From contig JBNKWZ010000008.1 in assembly GCA_050300015.1 (NCBI GenBank), positions 125,393-189,392 on the forward strand: a DNA stretch of 64,000 bases. The letters run 5' to 3'. Of this stretch, positions 32,596 to 42,413 are shown in pieces; positions within the stretch are counted from its first letter, which is position 1, and each line of letters opens with the position of its first letter. The position numbers were made by a program, and so were the translations under genes. The stretch comes from Cellvibrionaceae bacterium. GTDB taxonomy: Bacteria; Pseudomonadota; Gammaproteobacteria; Pseudomonadales; Cellvibrionaceae. Below the pieces are notes generated by a model. That model ran no database searches. It was not told the DNA's origin and saw only the letters and a program-made list of their open reading frames with translations.

Positions 32596-34725
32596 ATGCA
32601 CTTATCACCCAGTACACGTGCCTTGCCAAATATTTGTACGTGCATCACGGCGAATACAGAGGGGGGCTGGATAGCGCATCACAAAAAGAGACTATGCATT
32701 TTGGTTGATAAGACAGACAACAAACACTCACACGGTGAGCCCTTTGCCAATATTCTCAATCGTCGGGTCAAGCGTCGCACTCTGATGCAAGCCGCGGGGG
32801 TGTTGGGCGTGCAGATTACCAGTGCGTTGACACTAAAAGGCTGTGCGGAGCGTAATTCGCGAGGCCACTTTCAGGTGGGGTTTCAGCCGGTAAACGCCTT
32901 GGTATCGAATGGTGTTTTGGTTCCAGACGGATATCGCGCGCGGGTTTTGGCCCCCTGGGGGCAACCGTTAAATGACACAGCCAAGGACTGGCAAAACGAT
33001 GGGTCACAGTCCGCATCCGATCAAGCGAATGCAGTGGGCATGCATCACGACGGCATGGCATTTTACCCGTTGGGTACGGGCGCCCATGAGGGTTTGCTGT
33101 GCATCAACCACGAGTACCTAGATGTGTATTTGTTACACGGTGGGAGTATAAGCTTCGACCCTGAAACAGGTTTGCGTAACAGTGTTGATGAAGTTCGCAA
33201 AGAAATAAATGCCCACGGGGTATCGGTGGTGCGTGTTCATAAGCAAAACGGCGAGTGGCAAGTCGCGCTTAATGATCCTCACAATAGACGCTTAACGGGC
33301 GCGACACCTATGGACGTCAGCGGCCCTTTAAGCGGCACGGCCCACCTAATCACACGCTATTCGCCCACGGGCACTCAGGCACGTGGGACACTTAATAATT
33401 GTGGTAGTGGGAAAACCCCTTGGGGCACTTATTTAACCTGTGAAGAAAATTGGCACAATTATTTTAGCTACCAACACACCAACTCGCCGGAACAACTGCA
33501 ACGACAGGGCGTGCTGCCCACTTCAGCTTCTCAATACCAGTGGGAGCAACTGGCTGGGAACAATGATGAAATTGAGGATGAATTCGGGCGCTTTAATATC
33601 ACACCTGGCGATGGGCTACCAGAAGAGGATTATCGCAATGAGGCCAACACCTTTGGCTATGTGGTAGAAATAGACCCCTATACAGTGGATAGCACTCCAG
33701 TTAAACGCACGGCGTTGGGACGGTTTCATCATGAAGGTGCGGCAGTGAGTAAAGTGGAAGTGGGAAAGCCCATTTCAGTGTATTCCGGCCATGATGCGCA
33801 GAATGAGTATGCCTATAAGTTTGTCTCCGATGCCGTGTGGGACCCCGCAGATGCCAGCCCTATAGATAGACTTGCCGTGGGCGCCAAATATTTGGACCAA
33901 GGTACTTTGTATGTAGCACGTTTTAATGACGACGGTACTGGCGAGTGGTTGCCATTAACCTTGACGTCACCCACTCTTGAGGGTGGAACCTTAGCCGACG
34001 CCTTTGATTCGGTTGCCGCCATCTTATTAAATGCTCCGGGTGCGGCAGATCGTGTAGGCGCAACCCCCATGGATCGGCCAGAGTGGAATGCGGTGGATCC
34101 GATTACCGGCGCGGTCTATCTGTCCCTTACCAACAATGTCTCTCGCAGTACCCCCAACGCGGCCAACCCCCGAAGCTATAATACTTTTGGGCACATTATT
34201 CGCTGGCAAGAGCGCGACAGCGTTACGGCGTTTGATTGGGACATTTTTGTGTTTGGTGGCTCACCTGATTTGGACGACGACATTAATCGGTCGGGCTTGA
34301 CGGTGAAGAACCAATTTGGCAGCCCGGATGGTTTGATGTTTGATGACCGTGGTGTTTTGTGGATTCAAACAGATAATGCAGGCAACGTTGTTTCTCGAGC
34401 TGTGAACAATCAACTACTGGCCGTGATCCCGAGTAAAATTCCAGAATTGGATGGTACACCGGCCATTATATCGTCTCACAATCAGCATTTCTTACAGCGT
34501 GTAATGGTGGGCCCCAGTGGTTGTGAAGTGACAGGCCTAGCTTTTACGCCGGATTATAAAACGGTGTTTTGTAACATACAGCACCCCAGTCATTGGCCTG
34601 CCAGTCGAGATGCCACCGAGGCCCCGGAAGTGGGTAGTTCGGTGCAAGCGCGGTCTGCTGTGGTGGTCATCGAGCGTGAAGACGGCAAAGAAGTGGGTTA
34701 CGAGCCGATAATCCCCACGGCGTAA
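32596..34725 (+). CDS. phoX: Alkaline phosphatase PhoX (DUF839 family), Tat-secreted; true start probably between 32596 and 32786
   Basis: RRTLMQAAGVLG twin-arginine-like leader. PhoX motifs NNCGSGKTPWGTYLTCEEN and GSPDGLMFDDRGVLWIQTD. Confidence 0.85.
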   Translation: MHLSPSTRALPNICTCITANTEGGWIAHHKKRLCILVDKTDNKHSHGEPFANILNRRVKRRTLMQAAGVLGVQITSALTLKGCAERNSRGHFQVGFQPVNALVSNGVLVPDGYRARVLAPWGQPLNDTAKDWQNDGSQSASDQANAVGMHHDGMAFYPLGTGAHEGLLCINHEYLDVYLLHGGSISFDPETGLRNSVDEVRKEINAHGVSVVRVHKQNGEWQVALNDPHNRRLTGATPMDVSGPLSGTAHLITRYSPTGTQARGTLNNCGSGKTPWGTYLTCEENWHNYFSYQHTNSPEQLQRQGVLPTSASQYQWEQLAGNNDEIEDEFGRFNITPGDGLPEEDYRNEANTFGYVVEIDPYTVDSTPVKRTALGRFHHEGAAVSKVEVGKPISVYSGHDAQNEYAYKFVSDAVWDPADASPIDRLAVGAKYLDQGTLYVARFNDDGTGEWLPLTLTSPTLEGGTLADAFDSVAAILLNAPGAADRVGATPMDRPEWNAVDPITGAVYLSLTNNVSRSTPNAANPRSYNTFGHIIRWQERDSVTAFDWDIFVFGGSPDLDDDINRSGLTVKNQFGSPDGLMFDDRGVLWIQTDNAGNVVSRAVNNQLLAVIPSKIPELDGTPAIISSHNQHFLQRVMVGPSGCEVTGLAFTPDYKTVFCNIQHPSHWPASRDATEAPEVGSSVQARSAVVVIEREDGKEVGYEPIIPTA

Positions 34726-34883
34726 ACCACCCAAAGGCGTATTGTTGTCTATATTTAAAACCAGGGTACTTGCAGTATTGCAGGATAAAATAGGTTAATC
34801 CTTTTAGCAGATGGCGACTGAGAAGCAGAGGGTGCTTAGTCGACCGCAATCCTGGGACAAAACACCTCTACAGGAAATTCACT

Positions 34884-35783
34884 ATGGCCAATCAATGGCT
34901 TTTCGGCTGGTCATGTCTTTTAATCGCTATGTTTTCGGTGCCCGTTCAGGCAACCGAAGACACTATGATCATACGTCATCTCGGCGCATCTTATTCACCT
35001 GCACTTGGGCGTTACCTGGTGGATGTATTGACTCAAATCTTAGACACCACGGAAGAAGAATATGGGCCCTATCGTCTCGAAGTGATAAAAACGCATTTAA
35101 CGCGTCGTAGAGCGGAGGTGGAAACAGAAAAAGGGCAATTGTTGAATGTATTGTTTACTGCCGGTACGCTCAATGAGGGACATCAAAATTCAAACATCGA
35201 AAGTTTTGAGTTACCGTTATTTAATGACCTATTAGGCCTACGTGATCTATTGGTGGTGAAGCCGCTATTTGACTCTCCGCCGGAGTCGCGACAGGATTTT
35301 ATTCAACCCGCAGCAGGCTTAGGCAATAGTTGGGACGACGTGGCCATATTTCAAAATAGCCATATTCGTGTGGTAGAGGCGCCAAGGTTTGAAGTACTGT
35401 TTTCCATGCTGGCCAATCGTCGTTTTGATTACTTACCTTTGAGTGTCTTAGAGTCACAAGAAACCCTAAAGGCTAGCAACGTGGACTACCCCCAAATCTC
35501 AATAGCCTCCGGGGCCTACATCTTTTACCCTATGGTGTTTGGGCTCCATGTGAATGTGAGTGAGCCCCGACGCGCCGAGCGGTTTCGGTTGGGGGTTAAG
35601 CGTCTAACACCCAAAATGCTGCAAGCTTTATTCGACCAGCATTTTCCAGACTTTGCTTTTGAAAGCAAGACCAACAGCAAGCTTTTTATTGCCCAAAACC
35701 CAAGGTTATCTGCAACTAAAAATCAATTGATCATCGCTCGGTTCCTCGAGCGGTATGGACATCACTTTGACGTTTTGCAATAA
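34884..35783 (+). CDS. Putative periplasmic solute-binding-like protein (family-3 SBP fold)
   Basis: 299 aa with a signal peptide (AMFSVPVQA). Architecture resembles amino-acid-type substrate-binding proteins. No adjacent ABC genes. Confidence 0.5.
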   Translation: MANQWLFGWSCLLIAMFSVPVQATEDTMIIRHLGASYSPALGRYLVDVLTQILDTTEEEYGPYRLEVIKTHLTRRRAEVETEKGQLLNVLFTAGTLNEGHQNSNIESFELPLFNDLLGLRDLLVVKPLFDSPPESRQDFIQPAAGLGNSWDDVAIFQNSHIRVVEAPRFEVLFSMLANRRFDYLPLSVLESQETLKASNVDYPQISIASGAYIFYPMVFGLHVNVSEPRRAERFRLGVKRLTPKMLQALFDQHFPDFAFESKTNSKLFIAQNPRLSATKNQLIIARFLERYGHHFDVLQ

Positions 35784-35849
35784 GCGCGTTCAATTGACTT
35801 TACTTCTGAGCTCGATGGACCGCCGTGTCAGATCAAAACGTTTCGCTTG

Positions 35850-35899
35850 ATGCGGCACAAGGACGTGCCGCCATTGGCCGGAATTTCCGGGCTAATAGT
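35850..35899 (-). repeat. MITE-like repeat copy C (partial, inverted): core GCGGCACAAGGACGTGCCGCC plus TIR-like GGGCTAATAG
   Basis: The reverse complement matches the left half of copy B (CTATTAgCCC...GCCAATGGCGGCACGTCCTTGTGCCGCA). It abuts or overlaps the stop codon of the RND permease gene. Confidence 0.6.
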
Positions 35900-38800
35900 G
35901 CGATTGCGCCGCAAACGGTTTTTCTCGTTGGTGAGACTTAAAAATTCGGCGGAGTAACTTACGCATCTGAATTTTAAGACGCGCGCCGCCATAGTAACAA
36001 CAAGGCACCAAAATTAACGTAACCAGTGAGCTGAACATAACCCCAAAGGCCAGTGACAAAACCATGGGTTTTAAAAACTGTGCCTGCAAACTACGTTCGA
36101 ACATAATTGGCAATAGCCCTACAAAGGTGGTAATGGACGTTAAAATAATGGGGCGAAAACGGTCTACGCCGGATTGCAGTACGGCGTCTAGGGTGGTGAC
36201 CCCACGTCGTTTTAATTCGTTGATGCGTTCCAGTAATACCAAGTTATCGTTGACCACTACGCCCGAGCACGCCAAAAAGCCAAATAGCGAAAACATACTC
36301 ATGCTGGTGCCAAATACAGAATGCCCAATTAAGGCGCCAACAAAACCAAAGGGCACCGCCAGCATGACCAATAAAGGTTGAAAAAATGATTTAAAGGCAA
36401 TGGCGAATATGGCTATTACCAGTACAAATACCTTGAAAAAATCCACCGCAAAATTGTCACCGAACTCAGCTTGAGTTTTTAAGCCCGCATCGGTGGATAA
36501 TTGAAACCCCGTGTGCTTGCGTTTCCATTCGGTTTCATAGGAGGCAAACATCTCATCCACAATGGCTTTTGCGTCGAAGTCGTCTTCCACTTCCGCGGTA
36601 ATGGTAATATTACGCTTTCTATCCACTCGACGAATCACTGCGGCACCCGGAACCAGTTCGAAATCTGCCACGGCACTTAAGGGTACTTCACGACCGTCTT
36701 GTGTACGAATACGAATGGTATCAAGCGTATCCAACGAGCCGCGTTCGGCGTCGTCGTATCGCACCATGACGCGCACATCTTCGCTGCCACGGGGTATACG
36801 TTGAACCTCTTCACCGTAAAAACCCTGCCGAATTTGGCGGGCCACTTCCCCGAGTGTAAGCCCTAGCGTTTGGCCATAAGGTTTGAGTTTTACCTCCACT
36901 TCCGTGCGTTCAGAATCCAGATTAGTCCGTACATTGGACACCCCTGGATAAGCGGCCAAGGTTTGCATGACGTCATCCATGGCCGCCTGTTGTGCGGCTC
37001 GGCGATTGTCCAAAATATTCAGGTTTAAGGTAATCTCGGGCCCGGGGTCACTCATTTGCGCGCTTAAGGAATAACTTTGAGCCTCTGGCAACGGGCCGAT
37101 CAAATCGCGCAACTTGTCACCCACTTCAGCGGCGCTAACATTGCGTTCCTCACTGGGAGTCAAGCCCACAAAAATAGTGGCATTTTGGCCGTTCAAATCG
37201 CTGTTGATTTCGCGAATAAAGGGTTGATTTTGATTTTTGGCTAATAGATCTGGATCTTTAGTAATAATGTCAATTTTTTCAAGCACGTGGTCCGAAATTT
37301 TTTGAACCTGGTTATACGCGGTGCCTTCGGAAAACCCTAGCCGGATCATAATTTGCTCTTGTGGCACATTGGGGAAAAATGACATGGCGATCCATCCGTT
37401 TTTCACATAGACCACAGCAATCAAAAACACAAAGGCAAAACCGATTAAAGTACTACCTTTGCGCTTCAAACACTTATCTAAAAACGGCTGATAGCGATAT
37501 TTGGCAAAATGCACCATATGACCAGAGAACCAGTTGCGGGTGCGCTCCAGTGCACGCGACAAGGGGTTTTGGGCTTTTTTTTCTGGTTTTAGATGTGACA
37601 AATGAGATGGCAGTATGAGTATGGATTCCACTAGAGAGAAGCACAGGCACAACATCACCACATAAAAAATCGACAAGGTATATACCCGCATCTCTGCGGG
37701 GACATCGATCATGGGTAAAAAGAAAATAATGGTACTAATGACAGCCAAAAACACAGGCTTGAGTACCGATTGAGTGCCGTTGATGGCGGCAAGCCTACCG
37801 GTTTCACCGCGTTGCTGATGCCGATAAATGCTTTCACCCACAATAATCGCATCATCTACTACAATGCCGAGTACCATTAAAAATGCAAACATCGACAACA
37901 TATTGATGGACACATTCAAAAACGGCAACAACCATAAGGCGCCGGCAAAAGCAGTGGCAATGCCAGCCACTACCCAAAATGCCAGTAGGGGCCTTAAAAA
38001 TAGCATTAAAATAATAAAGACCAGTACCAGGCCACTCAGGGCGTTGTCTTTTAATAAATTAAAACGGCTGTCAAAAATACTTTTGGCTTCAAAATTAATT
38101 TTGAAGGTCATGCCTTCGGGCAAAAGTTTTTGAAACTCCTCCACATACTGTCGCGCTGCGGCAGTGCCTTCAAACAATTGTGGGTCATCGCTCATTTTCA
38201 CTTCGATGTTGACGCCGGGTTTTCCGTTCATAGTAAAGTCAATGTATTGCTCGGCAAAACCATCGTGAATGCTGGCGATATCCCCCAAGGTCAATTGGCT
38301 GCCATCGGGATTGCTACGCACCACGATGTTGGCAAAATCGTCTTCCGTAAAGGCTTGCTCCCGGGTCTGAATTTGGATGTCACCGTCTTTAGATTTTATC
38401 GCACCGGCGGGTACATTCACGGAGGATTGTGCGATGGCGTTCGCCACCTCTTGAAAACTCAAATGGTAACGTTGCAAATCCATCTCTGAGACTTCAATAC
38501 TCATCTCGTCATTTTTAATACCCGTTAAGCGCACGGTGGAAACGCCTTCGAGCAAAGACATTTCATCCCGTATTTGGTAGGCCCAGGCTTTAATTTGTTT
38601 GGGGTCGGCATCTCCATACAGCGCCATCCAAAGTAAAAAGCGCCTAATAATTTGTTGGCGAATAATGGGGCGCTCGGCGGAAGTGGGGAAAGTGATAATG
38701 GCGTCCACCCGGGTTTTCACATCGCTAATTAGCTTATTGACGTCGTAGCCTTCAACCACTTGTAGGTTGACGGTACCGAAGCCCTGGCGAGACTCGGAAG

Positions 38801-39044
38801 TGATTTGAAAAATACCGGGCAAATCGGCAATGGTTTCTTCAATGCGCACCACAATTTGCTGCTCCACCTCCGTGGATGCGGCACCTGGGTACGCCATGGA
38901 AATGGTTACAACATTGTTAATATGGGTAGGGAAGGCTTCCTTTTTAACATTTTGGGCTCCCATGATGCCGAATGCCAACATGGCAATCATTAACAAATTG
39001 GCAGCGATGGGGTTGTCGACAAACCACTCAACAATACGCTTCAT
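35892..39044 (-). CDS. RND efflux transporter permease (AcrB/AcrD/HAE1 family)
   Basis: 1050 aa with 12 TM helices and two large periplasmic loops. N-terminal MKRIVEWFVDNPIAANLLMIAMLAFG. Confidence 0.95.
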   Translation of the reverse strand: MKRIVEWFVDNPIAANLLMIAMLAFGIMGAQNVKKEAFPTHINNVVTISMAYPGAASTEVEQQIVVRIEETIADLPGIFQITSESRQGFGTVNLQVVEGYDVNKLISDVKTRVDAIITFPTSAERPIIRQQIIRRFLLWMALYGDADPKQIKAWAYQIRDEMSLLEGVSTVRLTGIKNDEMSIEVSEMDLQRYHLSFQEVANAIAQSSVNVPAGAIKSKDGDIQIQTREQAFTEDDFANIVVRSNPDGSQLTLGDIASIHDGFAEQYIDFTMNGKPGVNIEVKMSDDPQLFEGTAAARQYVEEFQKLLPEGMTFKINFEAKSIFDSRFNLLKDNALSGLVLVFIILMLFLRPLLAFWVVAGIATAFAGALWLLPFLNVSINMLSMFAFLMVLGIVVDDAIIVGESIYRHQQRGETGRLAAINGTQSVLKPVFLAVISTIIFFLPMIDVPAEMRVYTLSIFYVVMLCLCFSLVESILILPSHLSHLKPEKKAQNPLSRALERTRNWFSGHMVHFAKYRYQPFLDKCLKRKGSTLIGFAFVFLIAVVYVKNGWIAMSFFPNVPQEQIMIRLGFSEGTAYNQVQKISDHVLEKIDIITKDPDLLAKNQNQPFIREINSDLNGQNATIFVGLTPSEERNVSAAEVGDKLRDLIGPLPEAQSYSLSAQMSDPGPEITLNLNILDNRRAAQQAAMDDVMQTLAAYPGVSNVRTNLDSERTEVEVKLKPYGQTLGLTLGEVARQIRQGFYGEEVQRIPRGSEDVRVMVRYDDAERGSLDTLDTIRIRTQDGREVPLSAVADFELVPGAAVIRRVDRKRNITITAEVEDDFDAKAIVDEMFASYETEWKRKHTGFQLSTDAGLKTQAEFGDNFAVDFFKVFVLVIAIFAIAFKSFFQPLLVMLAVPFGFVGALIGHSVFGTSMSMFSLFGFLACSGVVVNDNLVLLERINELKRRGVTTLDAVLQSGVDRFRPIILTSITTFVGLLPIMFERSLQAQFLKPMVLSLAFGVMFSSLVTLILVPCCYYGGARLKIQMRKLLRRIFKSHQREKPFAAQSHY

Positions 39045-39055
39045 GTGTGACCCTC

Positions 39056-40222
39056 TTATTGTTGTGTGTCGGCGGTGCTGCGGGTTTCTATTATTGGCTC
39101 GATCAAAGTGCCGGCAGGCGTAAAGGCATGTTTTTCAAGCGTGAATCGAGTATTGTCGGGAAGGTCAGCCTTCGCCCAAAGGGTCTCATCGGTTTTAGAC
39201 AACACATCCACTTTAACCGGCTTGATACTGCTGCTGTCATCTAGGGTTAACAGAATATTACGTTGGTATAAGGCGCTTTTGGGAAGTACCCAAACATCTG
39301 CCAGGGGCTTACCTTCAATTTCAGCCTCCACAAAAAGACCGGGTATTAACGGAACATCTCCGGCAAAGGGGTCTTTCACCTCCACCACTGCGTAATACAT
39401 ACGGCTTTGTTGGTCCACAAAAGCGTCCGCGCGTACCAAGGCTCCTACCCATTGGTGCGCTTGGCCTGCCACGGTACCGCGCAGAGTCACCTGAGGCATA
39501 GAGCTTCTGTTTTGGGCAAGCAGCGGAAGTTCCACTAAGGCCGCTTGGCGCTCGGTTAAGGGTAGGCGTACCTCTACCACCTGGGAGTCAAATACCTGCC
39601 CGAGCGATGCGCCGCGCGACACAAACTGGCCGAGGTCGGCGCGGGCAGTGTGCACGCGCCCGTCAAAGGGCAACTTGATGCGCGTGCGTTCGAGGTTGAG
39701 TTCGGCCGTTTGCAATTCTGCTTGGGCCGCAGCCACCTCGGCTTTGGCGGCCGCCAATTGAGGTTTACGCATAAACAAGTCGTTGGCGGCGCTGTTACCC
39801 AAATCACGCCACTCGCGTTTGGCTTGACGGTTTAAACCCTGTTCTTCGGCTAAACGCCTCTCAGCCTCTGCCAATTGGGCTTGGGCACGGAGAAGTGCGG
39901 CTTGGTAATCACTGTCGTCAATTTGTAACAGGGTTTCACCGGCTTTAAAAAAGCCACCTTCATTAAATTGCTCGGAGACAGCCACAATTTCGCCGGTGAC
40001 CTGGGCGACCAAATCGATATGGCGTTTGGGCGTCACGCTGCCTTGAGCGGTGACATTCAAGCGTGCAGTCTGAGGACTTGCCTCAATGACTTTCACCGCC
40101 ACGTGGGTGGGTACGGCTTCAGTCGGGTTGGCTTCGGGTTTGGGTTTGGCCACCACCAAAACCACGATTGTGAAAGAACCCACTAATAAAATGGCCAGTG
40201 GTAAAACCATGCGCTTGAGCAT
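39056..40222 (-). CDS. RND efflux periplasmic adaptor (membrane fusion protein)
   Basis: Start placed at the internal MLKRMVLPLAILLVG signal anchor. Coiled-coil plus beta-barrel MFP architecture. Immediately upstream of the RND permease. Confidence 0.88.
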   Translation of the reverse strand: MLKRMVLPLAILLVGSFTIVVLVVAKPKPEANPTEAVPTHVAVKVIEASPQTARLNVTAQGSVTPKRHIDLVAQVTGEIVAVSEQFNEGGFFKAGETLLQIDDSDYQAALLRAQAQLAEAERRLAEEQGLNRQAKREWRDLGNSAANDLFMRKPQLAAAKAEVAAAQAELQTAELNLERTRIKLPFDGRVHTARADLGQFVSRGASLGQVFDSQVVEVRLPLTERQAALVELPLLAQNRSSMPQVTLRGTVAGQAHQWVGALVRADAFVDQQSRMYYAVVEVKDPFAGDVPLIPGLFVEAEIEGKPLADVWVLPKSALYQRNILLTLDDSSSIKPVKVDVLSKTDETLWAKADLPDNTRFTLEKHAFTPAGTLIEPIIETRSTADTQQ

Positions 40223-40374
40223 ATGCAATTCCCCGAAAATCAATATGACATCCTTTTTGCAATGCCAAGTGATGTGATGCAAAGAAGTATAACTTTAGGG
40301 CTTATTTGTAGATTGGTAAGGCTACCAATGACGCCAAAAATTTCATTATAAGCATCATCGTTCGTCGTGCCACT

Positions 40375-41481
40375 TTAATCCAAGGTTTTCTTAAAGCGCA
40401 AGGAGGCAAGGGCTAGGCCTAGAACGGTAAAGCCGATCAGCCAAAGGGCGTCGTTTACCAAGATGGATAGCTCGGCACCGCGCAACACTACCGCTCGAAT
40501 CATACGCATAAAATGGGTAGCTGGCAGTGCTTCGGCAATAACTTGTGCAGCAAAGGGCATGGCATCAAAAGGGAACATAAAGCCGCTCAACAAAATTGAA
40601 GGCAGTAATACGAATACGGTCATTTGCATGGCTTGCAGTTGGGTTTTAGCAAGCGTCGAGATCACCAGCCCAATGGCCAAACTTGCTGCGATAAACAATA
40701 GTGTGGCCAAGTAAATTTGGTGGATGGCGCCATTAATGGGCACGTCAAATACGCTGTATCCCAGCACCAATATCAACGTCATTTGCAATAAGCCTATGGC
40801 AATGTAGGGCAGTATCTTGCCCAGCATGAGTTCAATTGGACGAATGGGCGTGGTGATCAACAGTTCTAAATTGCCGCGTTCACGTTCACGCACAATGGCC
40901 GTTGATGTGAATAAAATCATGGTCATAGTCAAGATGGTGCCAATTAAACCCGGCACAATGTTCACCGCGGCACGGCGTGTGGGGTTAAAAAACAACGCCA
41001 CTTCAAAGGTCGGTGGAGGGGCATGGCGCGCGAGCGTCGGGTCAATCAATACCTGGGACAGCGGCATGGTACGAAGCGGCAACAGAGCAGCACTGATCAT
41101 GGTGTCCGAGCCATCCACTATCCACTGCCCCAGCGGCCTTTGCTGCACAATGCGTTGTGCCAAGTCCTCCGGTAATACCAGAGCCGCGCGCACTTCACCG
41201 CGCACGATAGCCGCTTCTGCCGCTCGTGGCGTGGGGTAGTGTTGAGTCACCTCCACCACCTGAGTGGCCTCCAGGGCTTCTACAATTAACCGCGCGGCGG
41301 TGTGCTGACTCATATCCACCACGGCCACAGGTATACCACGCACTTCAGTATTAATGGCGTAACCAAACAACAGCAGTTGAATGATGGGAATCATCACCAC
41401 CATGCCAAAGGTCATGCGGTCGCGGCGCAACTGCCGAAACTCTTTGATCACAATGGCAAATACTCGACCCAACGCTTTCAT
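40375..41481 (-). CDS. ABC-2 type transporter permease
   Basis: Start at the internal MKALGRVFAIVIKEFRQL, which overlaps the ATPase stop by 4 bp. Six TM helices of the ABC-2 fold. Confidence 0.85.
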   Translation of the reverse strand: MKALGRVFAIVIKEFRQLRRDRMTFGMVVMIPIIQLLLFGYAINTEVRGIPVAVVDMSQHTAARLIVEALEATQVVEVTQHYPTPRAAEAAIVRGEVRAALVLPEDLAQRIVQQRPLGQWIVDGSDTMISAALLPLRTMPLSQVLIDPTLARHAPPPTFEVALFFNPTRRAAVNIVPGLIGTILTMTMILFTSTAIVRERERGNLELLITTPIRPIELMLGKILPYIAIGLLQMTLILVLGYSVFDVPINGAIHQIYLATLLFIAASLAIGLVISTLAKTQLQAMQMTVFVLLPSILLSGFMFPFDAMPFAAQVIAEALPATHFMRMIRAVVLRGAELSILVNDALWLIGFTVLGLALASLRFKKTLD

Positions 41482-42413
41482 CGGTGACCCCGAGGTTTGT
41501 GGCGCTCGGTCACTTTCACAAATACGTCTTCCAAACTGGGGTTGGCGGGGCGGCATTCGGTGTTTAAACCTTTGAGTTTATCGTTCACCCAGGCCACAGG
41601 ATGAGAGAGTTGATCACTCACCAACACGCGTAACCGCAACCCTTGCTGGGCCAGTGAACGAACCTCCGGTGCGCCACTGAGGGACTGTTTAACCGGTCGC
41701 ATATCGGGCGCGTCCACCTCAACCACTTGTGCGCCAAGCGATTGCATAAGGGTTCGTGGCTCGCCTTCCGCGCAGAGTTCGCCTTCGGCCAAAATGGCCA
41801 GGCGATGGCAGCGTTCGGCCTCGTCCATATAGTGGGTTGACACCAAAATGGTGGTGCCCTGATCACAAAGATCAAACAGCTTTTCCCAAAACTGGCGACG
41901 GTTTTCGGGGTCTACTGCCGAGGTTGGTTCATCCAAAAATAAGATGTTGGGTTTGTGTAAAGTGGCTGCGGCAAGGGCGAGCCGCTGTTTTTGACCTCCA
42001 CTCAAACTGCCGGACTGTTGCCTTTGCCGTGAATTGAGTTGGTAGGTATCGAGAAGTTCGGGAATGCGGGTGCTGAGGTAAGTGTTGTCGAGGCCATAGA
42101 TGGCACCCAAAAAACGCAAGTTTTCAAAAACGGTTAAATCTTCATACAGGGAAAACTTTTGTGTCATATACCCCATGCGCAGGCGCAAGGCTTCTGCTTC
42201 CTTGGGCAGGGTATGGCCCAGTACCTCCACCTCGCCAGCGGTGGGAATGAGCAAGCCGCACAACATACGAATGGTGGTGGACTTACCACAGCCATTGGGA
42301 CCCAAAAACCCGTAAATCGTACCTTTGTCCACTGATAGGTCGAGGCCATTGACCGCTTTTAGTGTGCCAAATACACGTGTGAGCCCTCGAGCCTTGATGG
42401 CGATTGTACTCAT
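41478..42413 (-). CDS. ABC transporter ATP-binding protein
   Basis: Walker A GPNGCGKST, signature LSGGQKQRL and Walker B ILFLDEPT. Confidence 0.93.
   Translation of the reverse strand: MSTIAIKARGLTRVFGTLKAVNGLDLSVDKGTIYGFLGPNGCGKSTTIRMLCGLLIPTAGEVEVLGHTLPKEAEALRLRMGYMTQKFSLYEDLTVFENLRFLGAIYGLDNTYLSTRIPELLDTYQLNSRQRQQSGSLSGGQKQRLALAAATLHKPNILFLDEPTSAVDPENRRQFWEKLFDLCDQGTTILVSTHYMDEAERCHRLAILAEGELCAEGEPRTLMQSLGAQVVEVDAPDMRPVKQSLSGAPEVRSLAQQGLRLRVLVSDQLSHPVAWVNDKLKGLNTECRPANPSLEDVFVKVTERHKPRGHR

Noticed and set aside
36064-38489. Plus-strand ORFs inside the RND permease gene
   Set aside because: Antisense to a 1050-aa conserved transporter and shadows of its codon bias.
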